Shown one piece after another: positions 12,201 through 20,249 of a stretch of 64,000 nucleotides of DNA. Source of the DNA: Puniceicoccaceae bacterium. Lineage in GTDB: Bacteria; Verrucomicrobiota; Verrucomicrobiia; Opitutales; Oceanipulchritudinaceae. The stretch's first letter is position 1, and every line of letters starts with the position of its first letter. Under the pieces are notes generated by a model. The model worked only from the letters and a program-made list of their open reading frames with translations. It was not told the DNA's origin and did no database searches. The stretch is taken from contig JBFOMH010000017.1 of assembly GCA_040830765.1 (NCBI GenBank), positions 224,001 through 288,000 of the forward strand, read 5' to 3'. A program made the position numbers and the translations under genes.

Positions 12201-15200
12201 AAGCCGGGTTGTGGATGTCATCGACACTGTTGCCCCGTCCATATCCCTCAACCAGCCGGATTATGGAACGATTGTCTGTGGTGTGGACAGCTATGTGGAA
12301 TACGGTGCCAGTGCCACGGATAATTGCCAGACCTCCATTTCAGTGGGTGCCCCGATCCGGACGGACCTGCCATTGGCGAGTGTAGATTCCTTTGAAACCT
12401 ACTTGCTGACATACACGGCCACTGATGCCACCGGAAACGCTGCCTCGGTTTCCCGCACAGTTGACATCATCGACAACAGCGCCCCAACGTTTACTTCCGT
12501 TCCTGCAGACTCACAGCCCCTCACGGATGCGGGGTACTGCTTTGCCACGGTGGAGTTCGAAGCCGTTGCTACGGATACCTGTGATACCGATCTGACCATT
12601 ACCTACGACATCCTTCCCAACGAAGCTTATCCTGACGGCCTGAATGGGATCCAGTCTGGTCACCGCTTCCCGCCACTTCCCGATGGTCAGGGTGGGTGGT
12701 TGCCTCATGTTGTCCGCGTTACCGCCACCGATGATACCGGGAAATCCGTTTCCGACACCTTCGACGTGACGGTCGAAGACAAGTATAACAACTGCGCCTT
12801 CAATGTGGCCTGGCCCGCTTCCCTCGACCTGAGTTTCGAACAAAGGGATGGATTTGTTGAAGCAACCCAGCAGCAGTTGCTGGGGCTGACCGACCAGTCC
12901 CGCTGGTACAAGTTTTCGGTGACGCCAGGCAGCCGGGTGACGATTATCCTTTCCAGCCTCCCGGCCAATTATGACATCGTCGTTTACCGTGATATACGGG
13001 AAGAATTCGAACGTATCCTCGATCTTTTCCTCAATGGCACATCCGAGGAACAGGAGCTTTCCCTTCTCGGTGCGGAATTCGCCCCGGAAAGCTTCACTCC
13101 GGAAAGTTTCCTCCCCGAAAGCTTCCTCCCGGAAAGTTTCCTTCCGGAAAGCTTCCTCCCGGAGAGCTTCCTGCCTGAGAGTTTTCTCCCGGAAAGTTTT
13201 ATTGCCGAAGCCTTCTCCCCGGAAAGTTTTCTCCCGGAAAGCTTCATCCCGGAGAGCTTCCTCGTGGACAGTTATTCACCGGAAAGCTTCCTTCCGGAAA
13301 GTTTCCTTCCCGAGAGCTTCCTGCCTGAGAGTTTTCTCCCCGAAAGTTTTCTTCCAGAGAGTTTTATAGGAGAAGAGAATTTTACCCCCGAGTCGTTTAT
13401 CGCCGCCCAGCTGTCGAGCATGATTGCCTATTCCGCATTTCCGGGCGTGGCCAGTGAAGGAGTAACCATCAATACCTACACCACAAGCGGGGATTTCTAT
13501 GTTCGCGTGCGCGGAGCCAATGGTGTCTTTGACGGTATTAATCCGTTCACCTTGTCGGTCTTCATTGAGGAAGAAGTCTGTGGTGATCCCGATGGGGAAG
13601 GACCCTTGACGGGAGTCCAGGGTCCGGAGTCCTTTGCCGGAGCAGTTCCCCAGGGACTAGCTGGCGACTTCCAGACTCTCATCCTCTGGGATTCCTCCCG
13701 CACAGCTGGAAGCGATACCGACATCGCAACACTCGGCTCCATGTTGGAGACCTTCAAGCAGCGCACCGAGGTCAATGGTGAAATCATCGACCTGGCCCTT
13801 CAGGATCGCGTCGTGGAGGCAAATATCCAGGCGGATGCCTACCCAACCTGCCCATACGCCAAGAATCTCGTCGCTGAGGAAATAAAGGCTGTCATCGATG
13901 CCTGGAGGGATTCCACCACGGTCGACGGGGTTTCCTCCCTGAAGTACATCATGCTACTGGGTAATGATGATGTCATTCCGTTCTTCCGGACAACCGATCA
14001 GGCTTTCCTGGCCAACGAATCCAATTACGTCCCACCGGTGCGGGATAACAACCATTCCCAGTCCAGCTTGCGCTACGGGCAAATCCTGACCCAGGATCCT
14101 TATGGAGCAGATTGCGTGGTCAACCTTTCGACCGGTCCCTATCCCTACGGGGGACTTGCTGTGGGCCGTCTTGTGGAATCCGCTGCCGACATGATTGGCC
14201 AATTGGAAAACTACAACGCCTTGAGCGGTGGCCTGCTTCCCGTTCCGGATACCGCACTGGTTACCGGGTATGACTTCCTTGATGACCTTGCCGGTGCAGT
14301 CGAATTCGAATTGGAAGCAGCCCTTGGGAGCCAGATCGATACCTTGGTCGATGCCTCGACAACAGCCCCGGCCGATGGCTGGACAGCGACTGAGCTGGCG
14401 GACATTTTCCTCGGCTCCCATCATGACATCGTATTCCTTGCCGGTCACTTCAGCACCGGTAGCGCCCTGGCAGCCGACTACGAGACCCGTCTGACGGCAG
14501 CCCAGGTCAGGGAATCTGGTGCCGACTTGCTAAACACTTTAATCTTCAGCATCGGCTGTCACTCCGGTTACAACACCGTGGACAGCCATGCCATCAACGG
14601 GATTACCAAGCAGCCGGACTGGGCCCAGGCCTTTGCCCAGATGGGGGCCACCCTGATTGCCGGTACCGGCTACCAGTACGGTGATACCGAGTTTGTTGAG
14701 TACAGTGAACGCCTCTATCTGGAGATGGTGCGTCAGCTTCGGACCGGACCCGGCGCGGTGTCGGTTGGGGAAGCATTGGTCAATGCCAAGAAGAAGTACC
14801 TTGCCGAAACCGAATTGATGCGGGGGATTCATGAAAAATCCCTCCTGCAGGCGACGCTCTTCGGGTTCCCGATGCTGAAAATGAATGTGCCCGGTGACCG
14901 CATTACTTCTCCGTCAGGAAGTTCGGTGGTCCCTGCATCCCTTCCTGTGGTAGGCAGCAATCCAGGTCAATACCTCGGGCTTTCAGCTCATGACCTGAAC
15001 CTCGATTACAGCAGTCTGCCCCTTGTCGAGCCCAACACCTTGACCGTCTTTGATCCGGGAGCTGATCCTGGCGACAAGTCGGATGACACTGAATACACCT
15101 TGAAGTGGTATGAGGGTGGGAACGGCATTGTCAGTAATCCGATCGAGCCGGTGCGTCCATTGGACAGTTATTTCGTTTCAGTCCCCGGCAATCTGCTCCG

Positions 15201-17421
15201 CGGTGTCGGATTCCGGGGCGGTGATTATATCGATGAAAGCAATTTCCTCACTCTCACGGGTGCCCCGACTACGGAAATCCGCGGGGTCTTTGGTGAGTTC
15301 ATAACGGAAGTCTTCTATCCCGTGCAGCCATACAGCACCAACTATTTCGGCGCTATCTGTGGCGCTAACGAGGGCGAGCGGCTCAATGTCTACCGTACCC
15401 AGTACTACAACCCGGATGATGGAATCGAGGGCGGTACGCTGCGGAAGTACAGCAGCATGAACTTCCGTTTGTACTACAACAACAACCGGGAAACGTACTA
15501 CAATGCCAATGGGGATGCCATCATCCCGGCCTTGACGGCTCCACCCTCCATTTCCCGGGTTCTCTCATCAACTGATGGGTCATCGGTCGATTTCGATATC
15601 ACGGTGCTCGCTTCCCCGGCAGTCGGTGTCCAGGAAGTCTGGATTACCTACACCGGCATACCCGGCTCAGCCCTCCATGGCTCATGGCAATCCTTCGACC
15701 TGGGGCAAGGCGCTCTTCCGGACACAATGGTCTGGTCGGGGAACCTGCCTTTGCCCGAAGGCGTTCATCCCGACGAGGTCCGTTTCATGGTTCAGGCGGC
15801 ATCCGGCATAGGCCTGGTATCCCTGAAGAGCAACTTCGGCCAGTATTATCAGGTCGGTGTCGATGAACTGGCCGCGCGAATGACATCGGAGATTTCCATA
15901 ACGGAAGTTTTGCCCGCAGCGGCCGACTATGGCTACGGTGAGACCTTGACCGTCAAAGCCCTCCTGAAGGGTTACAGCGAGTCGAGCCAATCCTTTGAAG
16001 CCCTTGCCGGCAAGCGGGTGGGGATCCGGGTCGGTGCCTCGCGGGTTTCCGGGACGACCGGGGCGGACGGTATTGTCACCCTTGACCTTCCCCTTCAGGT
16101 GCGCCCTGCCACCGAGTTGCTGCAGGCCTATTTTACCGGGGACCTGCTCTTCAGCCCAAGCGCGGTTGATCAACCTATCACTATCACAAAGCAGGACACG
16201 GTTCTTGCTTTCGATGAAGGCATTCCGGTTCCACCCAATGAGATCTTCGGATCGGATGTGGTGGTTAGCCTGCGCGATGCCATTGGTACGCCCTTGAAGG
16301 AACGGACGGTCTTCTTCCTCGTCGATTACGGCTCCTTCCAGATTGGCAACTCTGTCATCACGGACATCGCCGGGCGGGCTGATTTGAGCGAAATCTTCCT
16401 GCCCTCTGGAAGTGCTACCATTACGGCCTACTTCAATGGCACTATTCCCTTGCCGGACGCCGATCCGGTGACGATTACCGATTTGCTCTACAAAGCCGCA
16501 ACCCCGGTCAGTATCGACGTTCTCCTGGATCAGCCGATCAGGGAGGATAGCCTGGGCTTCGATCCGCAACAGGTGGATATCTATTACAAGTCCAGTGGCA
16601 ACGGGAGAAACGCCATTCCTCTCTATGAGAACGCTTCCATAGCCGGTGACGTGGCTTTTAATGTACCGCTTCAGCCTGATGACTTGACAGCAGATCTTGA
16701 GAATCCGGATTACATCTCCGGCTATGTTTTTGCCACCCTGGCGGGTGAAGTTATCGTCGATGAACCGGTTACCCTGGACACGCGCGGCGACAACGGCAAT
16801 CACTGGACGACGACCAGTCAGCCCGGACAGGCAGCTGCCTACGTTGGCATTCACTGGTCGGATGCACCTCGCTTCGACAGTGCCCTGTCCGAGAGTCCAG
16901 GCCCCAGGATTTCCACTGTTTTCATCGGTAACAACTTCACTGAGTTCCGGTACGTCCCTCTACCGGGTACTGGCAGCTATACCACGACATTCCCCAATGG
17001 TGGACCAACGATCGTGGTCAAGCGGGGAGTTGTCGATCCTGAGGCCAGCGGTCTGGCGGAAGGAGAGTACGGTCTTGATGAGGGTGGTCTGGTCTTCACT
17101 GTCAAATTTGGACTGGAACCGGGAATGAGCTTCCTCACACGGGACAGTTCGAACAACAATCCGTTCCCGGATATCGAAGTGGAGGTGATTCCTGAGATTA
17201 ACTATCTCACCGAAGGCGGGCGCATGATCATCCGGCTTCAGGCGGTTCCCGGCATGCCGGAATTTCCGCCGGCATCGAATGCGGAACCCAACCTTTTCGA
17301 GTGTCGGTTTATCCTCGGGCCCGATGATGGTGTCCAGGTCCGCTCCATCGCACGGATTGGAGAAGGTCTTTACGCAATTCCCTGGACCAGTGAAGATCCC
17401 GGGCACAAACAATACCGGTGA
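9259..17421 (+). CDS. Giant secreted multidomain protein: beta-helix/choice-of-anchor-Q x2, DUF5011/HYR Ig repeats, split PPC-like domain with pentapeptide array, C25 (gingipain)-like peptidase domain, Ig-like tail
   Basis: 2720-aa ORF with GAGG RBS and signal peptide (LQA|AE). GGAI/GGGI beta-helix repeats end in DQRG..R...D.GAFE and DQPG..R....IDIGSVE. Repeats of DTT.P..TL.G..ECG.D...GATA.D.C follow. C25-like motifs IMLLGNDDVIPF, AVGRL, FLAGH, SIGCHSG and LFGFP. Confidence 0.85.
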   Translation: MRSRHVLFCCLNFFFGIIVTPLQAAEIKVDSTADPGPLRDAIIGAAPGDVVLLRAEGEVLLTSPLPVRRGIRIEGQSGPLAHTLKVSGDFRHFDVSGLPVDETATIARLTLEGNLPEDAGGGISSRSNLLLESVQVVDSSAEHGGAIAQTGASLGIDLSYFARNESELAGGLEGSGGAVYASGAELTVTSTGFVSNVAGSGGAIAFAGPDSSLIVRSSTFSGNRAVISGGAVSLASGDGRFINLTLVDNNSGADTLSHINAGTNAITVGNSLVVGEGDGLPGILGDLQAEGTGTNRSGTDLSLGLGMPAGAYGGLRPTYLLHPGRTALPDGSNLLLPETDRDQRGLARFSDGDGEGGDIVDQGAFEVQHYKVSALQIRGSATGGKDDGGYGNPFDPSDDADSIASADVFVQLTNTNKADIGDAVGANNAAGGGSVSFDERTWGGRVVLKGRELEVRRDIAIYGPGATRMFIDGSASSPVFRIGEAGQDVLAYMEGISIENGLAETGAGIVVQDGGRVSLKEVQLKGNSASLAGGGIAVLSGATDLYRSSLIDNQAGDQGGGIFGSIDSVIVIDTSTLSGNSAGSMGGAVASSGDLTIDSSTIVANGANSNTGLLVEGATGIIQNTILSLGTADTIDAGSGTSVNSGGYNLSEASEGGFLLNATDLSGTDPELNVRSLNDGETLSHAPKGTSPAIDAGSSYFPLVDGQLDQPGNDRVKGAAIDIGSVELQNDSPTIECISEPDTECVSSSGALVAVDVLVDDVDKDDLTVTWSAAGVSETQNVAGAELPLASPLSQDLLLPIGTTTVTITVSDGFTSASCAVMVKVADTTAPTVTLSGPTSINLECGIDAYVEYGATASDICDPGPTVVISPILDSYPETGTYTVTYTAADAAGNSSSATRTVNVVDTTDPVVTLNGSALVTLQCGVDTFSDPGATALDDCEGALDVGLPVRTDLELLTENSVETYRLTYSVTDSSGNTGSASRVVDVIDTVAPSISLNQPDYGTIVCGVDSYVEYGASATDNCQTSISVGAPIRTDLPLASVDSFETYLLTYTATDATGNAASVSRTVDIIDNSAPTFTSVPADSQPLTDAGYCFATVEFEAVATDTCDTDLTITYDILPNEAYPDGLNGIQSGHRFPPLPDGQGGWLPHVVRVTATDDTGKSVSDTFDVTVEDKYNNCAFNVAWPASLDLSFEQRDGFVEATQQQLLGLTDQSRWYKFSVTPGSRVTIILSSLPANYDIVVYRDIREEFERILDLFLNGTSEEQELSLLGAEFAPESFTPESFLPESFLPESFLPESFLPESFLPESFLPESFIAEAFSPESFLPESFIPESFLVDSYSPESFLPESFLPESFLPESFLPESFLPESFIGEENFTPESFIAAQLSSMIAYSAFPGVASEGVTINTYTTSGDFYVRVRGANGVFDGINPFTLSVFIEEEVCGDPDGEGPLTGVQGPESFAGAVPQGLAGDFQTLILWDSSRTAGSDTDIATLGSMLETFKQRTEVNGEIIDLALQDRVVEANIQADAYPTCPYAKNLVAEEIKAVIDAWRDSTTVDGVSSLKYIMLLGNDDVIPFFRTTDQAFLANESNYVPPVRDNNHSQSSLRYGQILTQDPYGADCVVNLSTGPYPYGGLAVGRLVESAADMIGQLENYNALSGGLLPVPDTALVTGYDFLDDLAGAVEFELEAALGSQIDTLVDASTTAPADGWTATELADIFLGSHHDIVFLAGHFSTGSALAADYETRLTAAQVRESGADLLNTLIFSIGCHSGYNTVDSHAINGITKQPDWAQAFAQMGATLIAGTGYQYGDTEFVEYSERLYLEMVRQLRTGPGAVSVGEALVNAKKKYLAETELMRGIHEKSLLQATLFGFPMLKMNVPGDRITSPSGSSVVPASLPVVGSNPGQYLGLSAHDLNLDYSSLPLVEPNTLTVFDPGADPGDKSDDTEYTLKWYEGGNGIVSNPIEPVRPLDSYFVSVPGNLLRGVGFRGGDYIDESNFLTLTGAPTTEIRGVFGEFITEVFYPVQPYSTNYFGAICGANEGERLNVYRTQYYNPDDGIEGGTLRKYSSMNFRLYYNNNRETYYNANGDAIIPALTAPPSISRVLSSTDGSSVDFDITVLASPAVGVQEVWITYTGIPGSALHGSWQSFDLGQGALPDTMVWSGNLPLPEGVHPDEVRFMVQAASGIGLVSLKSNFGQYYQVGVDELAARMTSEISITEVLPAAADYGYGETLTVKALLKGYSESSQSFEALAGKRVGIRVGASRVSGTTGADGIVTLDLPLQVRPATELLQAYFTGDLLFSPSAVDQPITITKQDTVLAFDEGIPVPPNEIFGSDVVVSLRDAIGTPLKERTVFFLVDYGSFQIGNSVITDIAGRADLSEIFLPSGSATITAYFNGTIPLPDADPVTITDLLYKAATPVSIDVLLDQPIREDSLGFDPQQVDIYYKSSGNGRNAIPLYENASIAGDVAFNVPLQPDDLTADLENPDYISGYVFATLAGEVIVDEPVTLDTRGDNGNHWTTTSQPGQAAAYVGIHWSDAPRFDSALSESPGPRISTVFIGNNFTEFRYVPLPGTGSYTTTFPNGGPTIVVKRGVVDPEASGLAEGEYGLDEGGLVFTVKFGLEPGMSFLTRDSSNNNPFPDIEVEVIPEINYLTEGGRMIIRLQAVPGMPEFPPASNAEPNLFECRFILGPDDGVQVRSIARIGEGLYAIPWTSEDPGHKQYR
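13081..13398 (+). repeat. Coding tandem repeat, 15-bp unit, (x-P-E-S-F)n
   Basis: 19 in-register 15-bp units at 13081-13365: 17 xPESF plus IAEAF and LVDSY. Then IGEENF and one more TPESF. Synonymous codon variation between units. Confidence 0.97.
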
Positions 17422-17544
17422 GGATTCCCTGCCGGTTTGGATAATTACGGGATTGACGCCTCACCATGTGCACCAAATCTTTGTCCGCATGCCCGCGCCG
17501 GTGTGTGCATATCAGAATAACCAGACTATAGTTGCATCCGTTTT

Positions 17545-17898
17545 ATGCTGACCCTTTTTGAGCAAGCCCTCGTCATGCACATCATTGGCGATTGGATCCT
17601 CCAGAACGATTGGATGGCCAACAACAAGCTGAGCCTGAAACATCCAGCTGCCTGGATACATGCCGGTATTCACGCTGTCCTCCTGGGCTTAGTCCTCGGG
17701 TGGCCAGCGGGGCTGATTATCGGGGTTTTCCACATGTTGATCGATACCCGGGTTCCTTTTCGCTGGTGGCAGCGCACGTTTCGCATGACGGAGGATGGGC
17801 CCACCGCTGTCCATGTCGCCATCTGGACGGATCAGGTGATGCACGTCCTATGTCTTGCCATCTGGGTACAATTCTTTGCAGACTTTACCCTGAATTAA
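17545..17898 (+). CDS. DUF3307 family membrane protein
   Basis: HIIGDWILQNDWMANNK, H..IH, HMLIDT and DQVMH match the DUF3307 His/Asp pattern. Confidence 0.8.
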   Translation: MLTLFEQALVMHIIGDWILQNDWMANNKLSLKHPAAWIHAGIHAVLLGLVLGWPAGLIIGVFHMLIDTRVPFRWWQRTFRMTEDGPTAVHVAIWTDQVMHVLCLAIWVQFFADFTLN

Positions 17899-17935
17899 TT
17901 CTCTCTCAGACAACCGATAACTGGATATCCTTCCC

Positions 17936-18319
17936 ATGAGTGATAAAATCAAGTTCAAGATTCTCAAGCACGCCGGCAACCTCGATGAATTCAAGCAAGG
18001 TGATACTATCTTCAAAAAGGGAGATCCCGGCGAGACGATGTTTGTCGTGGCCTCTGGAACAGTGGACATCGTTGCCGAGGGTTCGGTTGTGGACCAGTTG
18101 ACCGAAGGCGATATTTTTGGGGAAATGTCCCTTATCGACAAGCAGGTACGCAGTGCCGATGCTGTGGCCAATACCGACTGTTCCCTCGTCACTATCGACG
18201 AGAAGCGCTTCCTGTACATGACCGACCACACGCCACGATTTGCCCTGCAGGTGATGCGCCTGGTGGCCAATCGTCTGCGCGACCGCATGGCTGAGCTGGA
18301 AGAGCTGCGTAAGCAGTAG
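17936..18319 (+). CDS. Stand-alone cyclic nucleotide-binding domain protein (no HTH)
   Basis: 127 aa. IFKKGDPGETMFVVASG and phosphate-binding cassette FGEMSLIDKQVRSADA. Confidence 0.9.
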   Translation: MSDKIKFKILKHAGNLDEFKQGDTIFKKGDPGETMFVVASGTVDIVAEGSVVDQLTEGDIFGEMSLIDKQVRSADAVANTDCSLVTIDEKRFLYMTDHTPRFALQVMRLVANRLRDRMAELEELRKQ

Positions 18320-18409
18320 GGTTCCGCCAGGCTAGCGGATTGTTCGCCTGAAAATATACTCGATTGGCGAATTGGGCACAATAGATGCTCAATCCAAGGC
18401 TCATCAGCA

Positions 18410-20242
18410 ATGAGCCTTTTTACCTCCTCTCTCAACAGTATCCGGCACCTCATTGAGGAAATCCACGAGAACCACCGGCATCTCTACGAAGGTGAGATCG
18501 CGGATTACATCCCGGAACTGACTCGGGCCAACCCGGACTGGTTCGGGATCGCCATCACGACCGTTGACGGTCGGCAGTACCTCGTTGGTGACACGGCCAT
18601 CGAGTTTACTATCCAGTCCGTTTCCAAGCCCTTTATTTATGGTCTGGCACTGGATGCCATCGGGCCTGAGGCGGTTCGGCACAAGATAGATGTCGAGCCG
18701 TCGGGTGAGGCCTTCAATTCGATCAGCCTGAAGCCGACAACGGGTCAGCCGATGAATCCGATGATCAATGCCGGGGCCATTGCGGCAACGGGCATGATCC
18801 CGGCAAGCTCGGCCGAGGAGCGGTTTGCCTTTATCCTGCAAAAATTCAGCGACCTGGCCGGATGCCAACTGACCCTCGATGACTCCGTCTACCGCTCGGA
18901 AAGCGAAACAGGATTCCGCAACCGGGCCATTGGCAACCTGATGCGCAACTTTGATATCCTCGAGGGAGAGGTCGATCCCATCCTTGAGGCTTACTTCATG
19001 CAGTGTGCCATCCTTGTCGATAGCAAGTCATTGTCTGTTATGGGAGCAACCCTTGCCAATGGGGGAGTGAATCCTCTCACCGGCGAACGGGTCCTGAGCC
19101 GGGCCTCTGTGGAGAAGGTAATCAGTGTCATGAGTACCTGTGGCATGTACGACTATTCTGGCAACTGGGCCTTTGAGGTCGGGATTCCGGCCAAAAGTGG
19201 CGTGGGTGGCGGCATCATCGGGGTACTGCCGGGACAGCTCAGTGTGGCGGTCTTCTCGCCCTTGCTGGACCCGAATTTCAACAGTGTCCGGGGTATCGCC
19301 ACTTTTCGGGACTTGTCACAGAGCTTTGGACTCCACTTGTTCAACCGGCCCTCATTGACCGACTATGTCATTCGTCGCTCTTACACTTTGGCGGAATTCC
19401 AATCGAGCCACTTCCGGCCCAAGGAGGCGCATGATATCCTCCAGAGAGAGGGAGAACGGGTACGCATTTTCGAACTGCAGGGTGATCTCTATTTCGGTGC
19501 CCTGGAAAGGCTTATCCATGCATACCTGCAGAACTTCGACAATATGGAGCGGGCGGTTATCGACCTGACCCGGATTGGGAGTATTGATGAAGCAACGCGG
19601 GAAATCGTCTTCCGTTTTGCCAGGCAGGGATTTGAGAAGGGGAAGCGTATCGTCCTCGTCGATCCGGGCGGGATTTTCACAGAAGAGGAACGACGCAGCC
19701 TGGTCCCGATGGCCTTTGTTTACAATGATTGCGACGAGGCCCTTGAGGATGCCGAAGAAAACCTTCTCGCCCAATTTGGGGCCCGTACGGAGGCCACCCT
19801 GGCCGTTCCATTCGAGGCCATGGACCTTCTCCAGGATATGGAGACGGCAGCCCTGGATGAGCTCATGGCATTATGCGAACGCCGTTCCATTTCAGCGGGT
19901 TCAACGATTATCAAGCAAGGCACTCCTCCCTTGGAGATGTACTTCCTTTCGAAAGGCACGGTTGGCGTGCTCCTGCCACGGGAGAATGGTAAAGACTTCC
20001 GTCAGGTCTCCAGTTTTACCCCGGGCATGAGTTTTGGTGAACTGGGATTCCTGCAGGGCCAAATCCGGACCGCAGATGTGAAAGCGATCACGGACGTCGA
20101 GCTCTATGCATTGGACCAAAAGGCTATCGGGGCATTCCGGAAGTCACATCCGGAAGGTTACCAAACGATTCTCCACAACGCCTTGCTTTCCATGTCCGAC
20201 CGCCTGCTGCGTGCGAACAGGGAAGTGGCGGCATTGAAATAA
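18410..20242 (+). CDS. glsA: Glutaminase A fused to STAS and cNMP-binding domains
   Basis: ADYIPEL, FTIQSVSKPF (SxxK), EPSGEAFN, NPMINAGAI, CGMYDYSG and PAKSGVGGG. STAS domain LQGDLYFG...IDLTRI. C-terminal FGELGFL...RTADV. Confidence 0.93.
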   Translation: MSLFTSSLNSIRHLIEEIHENHRHLYEGEIADYIPELTRANPDWFGIAITTVDGRQYLVGDTAIEFTIQSVSKPFIYGLALDAIGPEAVRHKIDVEPSGEAFNSISLKPTTGQPMNPMINAGAIAATGMIPASSAEERFAFILQKFSDLAGCQLTLDDSVYRSESETGFRNRAIGNLMRNFDILEGEVDPILEAYFMQCAILVDSKSLSVMGATLANGGVNPLTGERVLSRASVEKVISVMSTCGMYDYSGNWAFEVGIPAKSGVGGGIIGVLPGQLSVAVFSPLLDPNFNSVRGIATFRDLSQSFGLHLFNRPSLTDYVIRRSYTLAEFQSSHFRPKEAHDILQREGERVRIFELQGDLYFGALERLIHAYLQNFDNMERAVIDLTRIGSIDEATREIVFRFARQGFEKGKRIVLVDPGGIFTEEERRSLVPMAFVYNDCDEALEDAEENLLAQFGARTEATLAVPFEAMDLLQDMETAALDELMALCERRSISAGSTIIKQGTPPLEMYFLSKGTVGVLLPRENGKDFRQVSSFTPGMSFGELGFLQGQIRTADVKAITDVELYALDQKAIGAFRKSHPEGYQTILHNALLSMSDRLLRANREVAALK

Positions 20243-20249
20243 ACCGCCC

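Noticed and set aside
12971..13369. Alternative-frame ORFs with (RKLSG)n or RKVS/RKAS repeats
   Set aside because: Shadows of the xPESF array in other frames. The wobble pattern fits the 2720-aa frame.
13081..13398. 15-bp repeats as a CRISPR array or DNA-level VNTR/phase-variation tract
   Set aside because: There are no spacers or cas genes. Units are contiguous, in frame and vary mainly at synonymous positions, so the constraint is on the protein.
5386..13398. NLR-amyloid signalling pair (STAND N-terminus templating the xPESF array)
   Set aside because: The STAND protein has no matching repeat. The array is Pro-periodic and lies in a signal-peptide-bearing protein, so the two are in different compartments.
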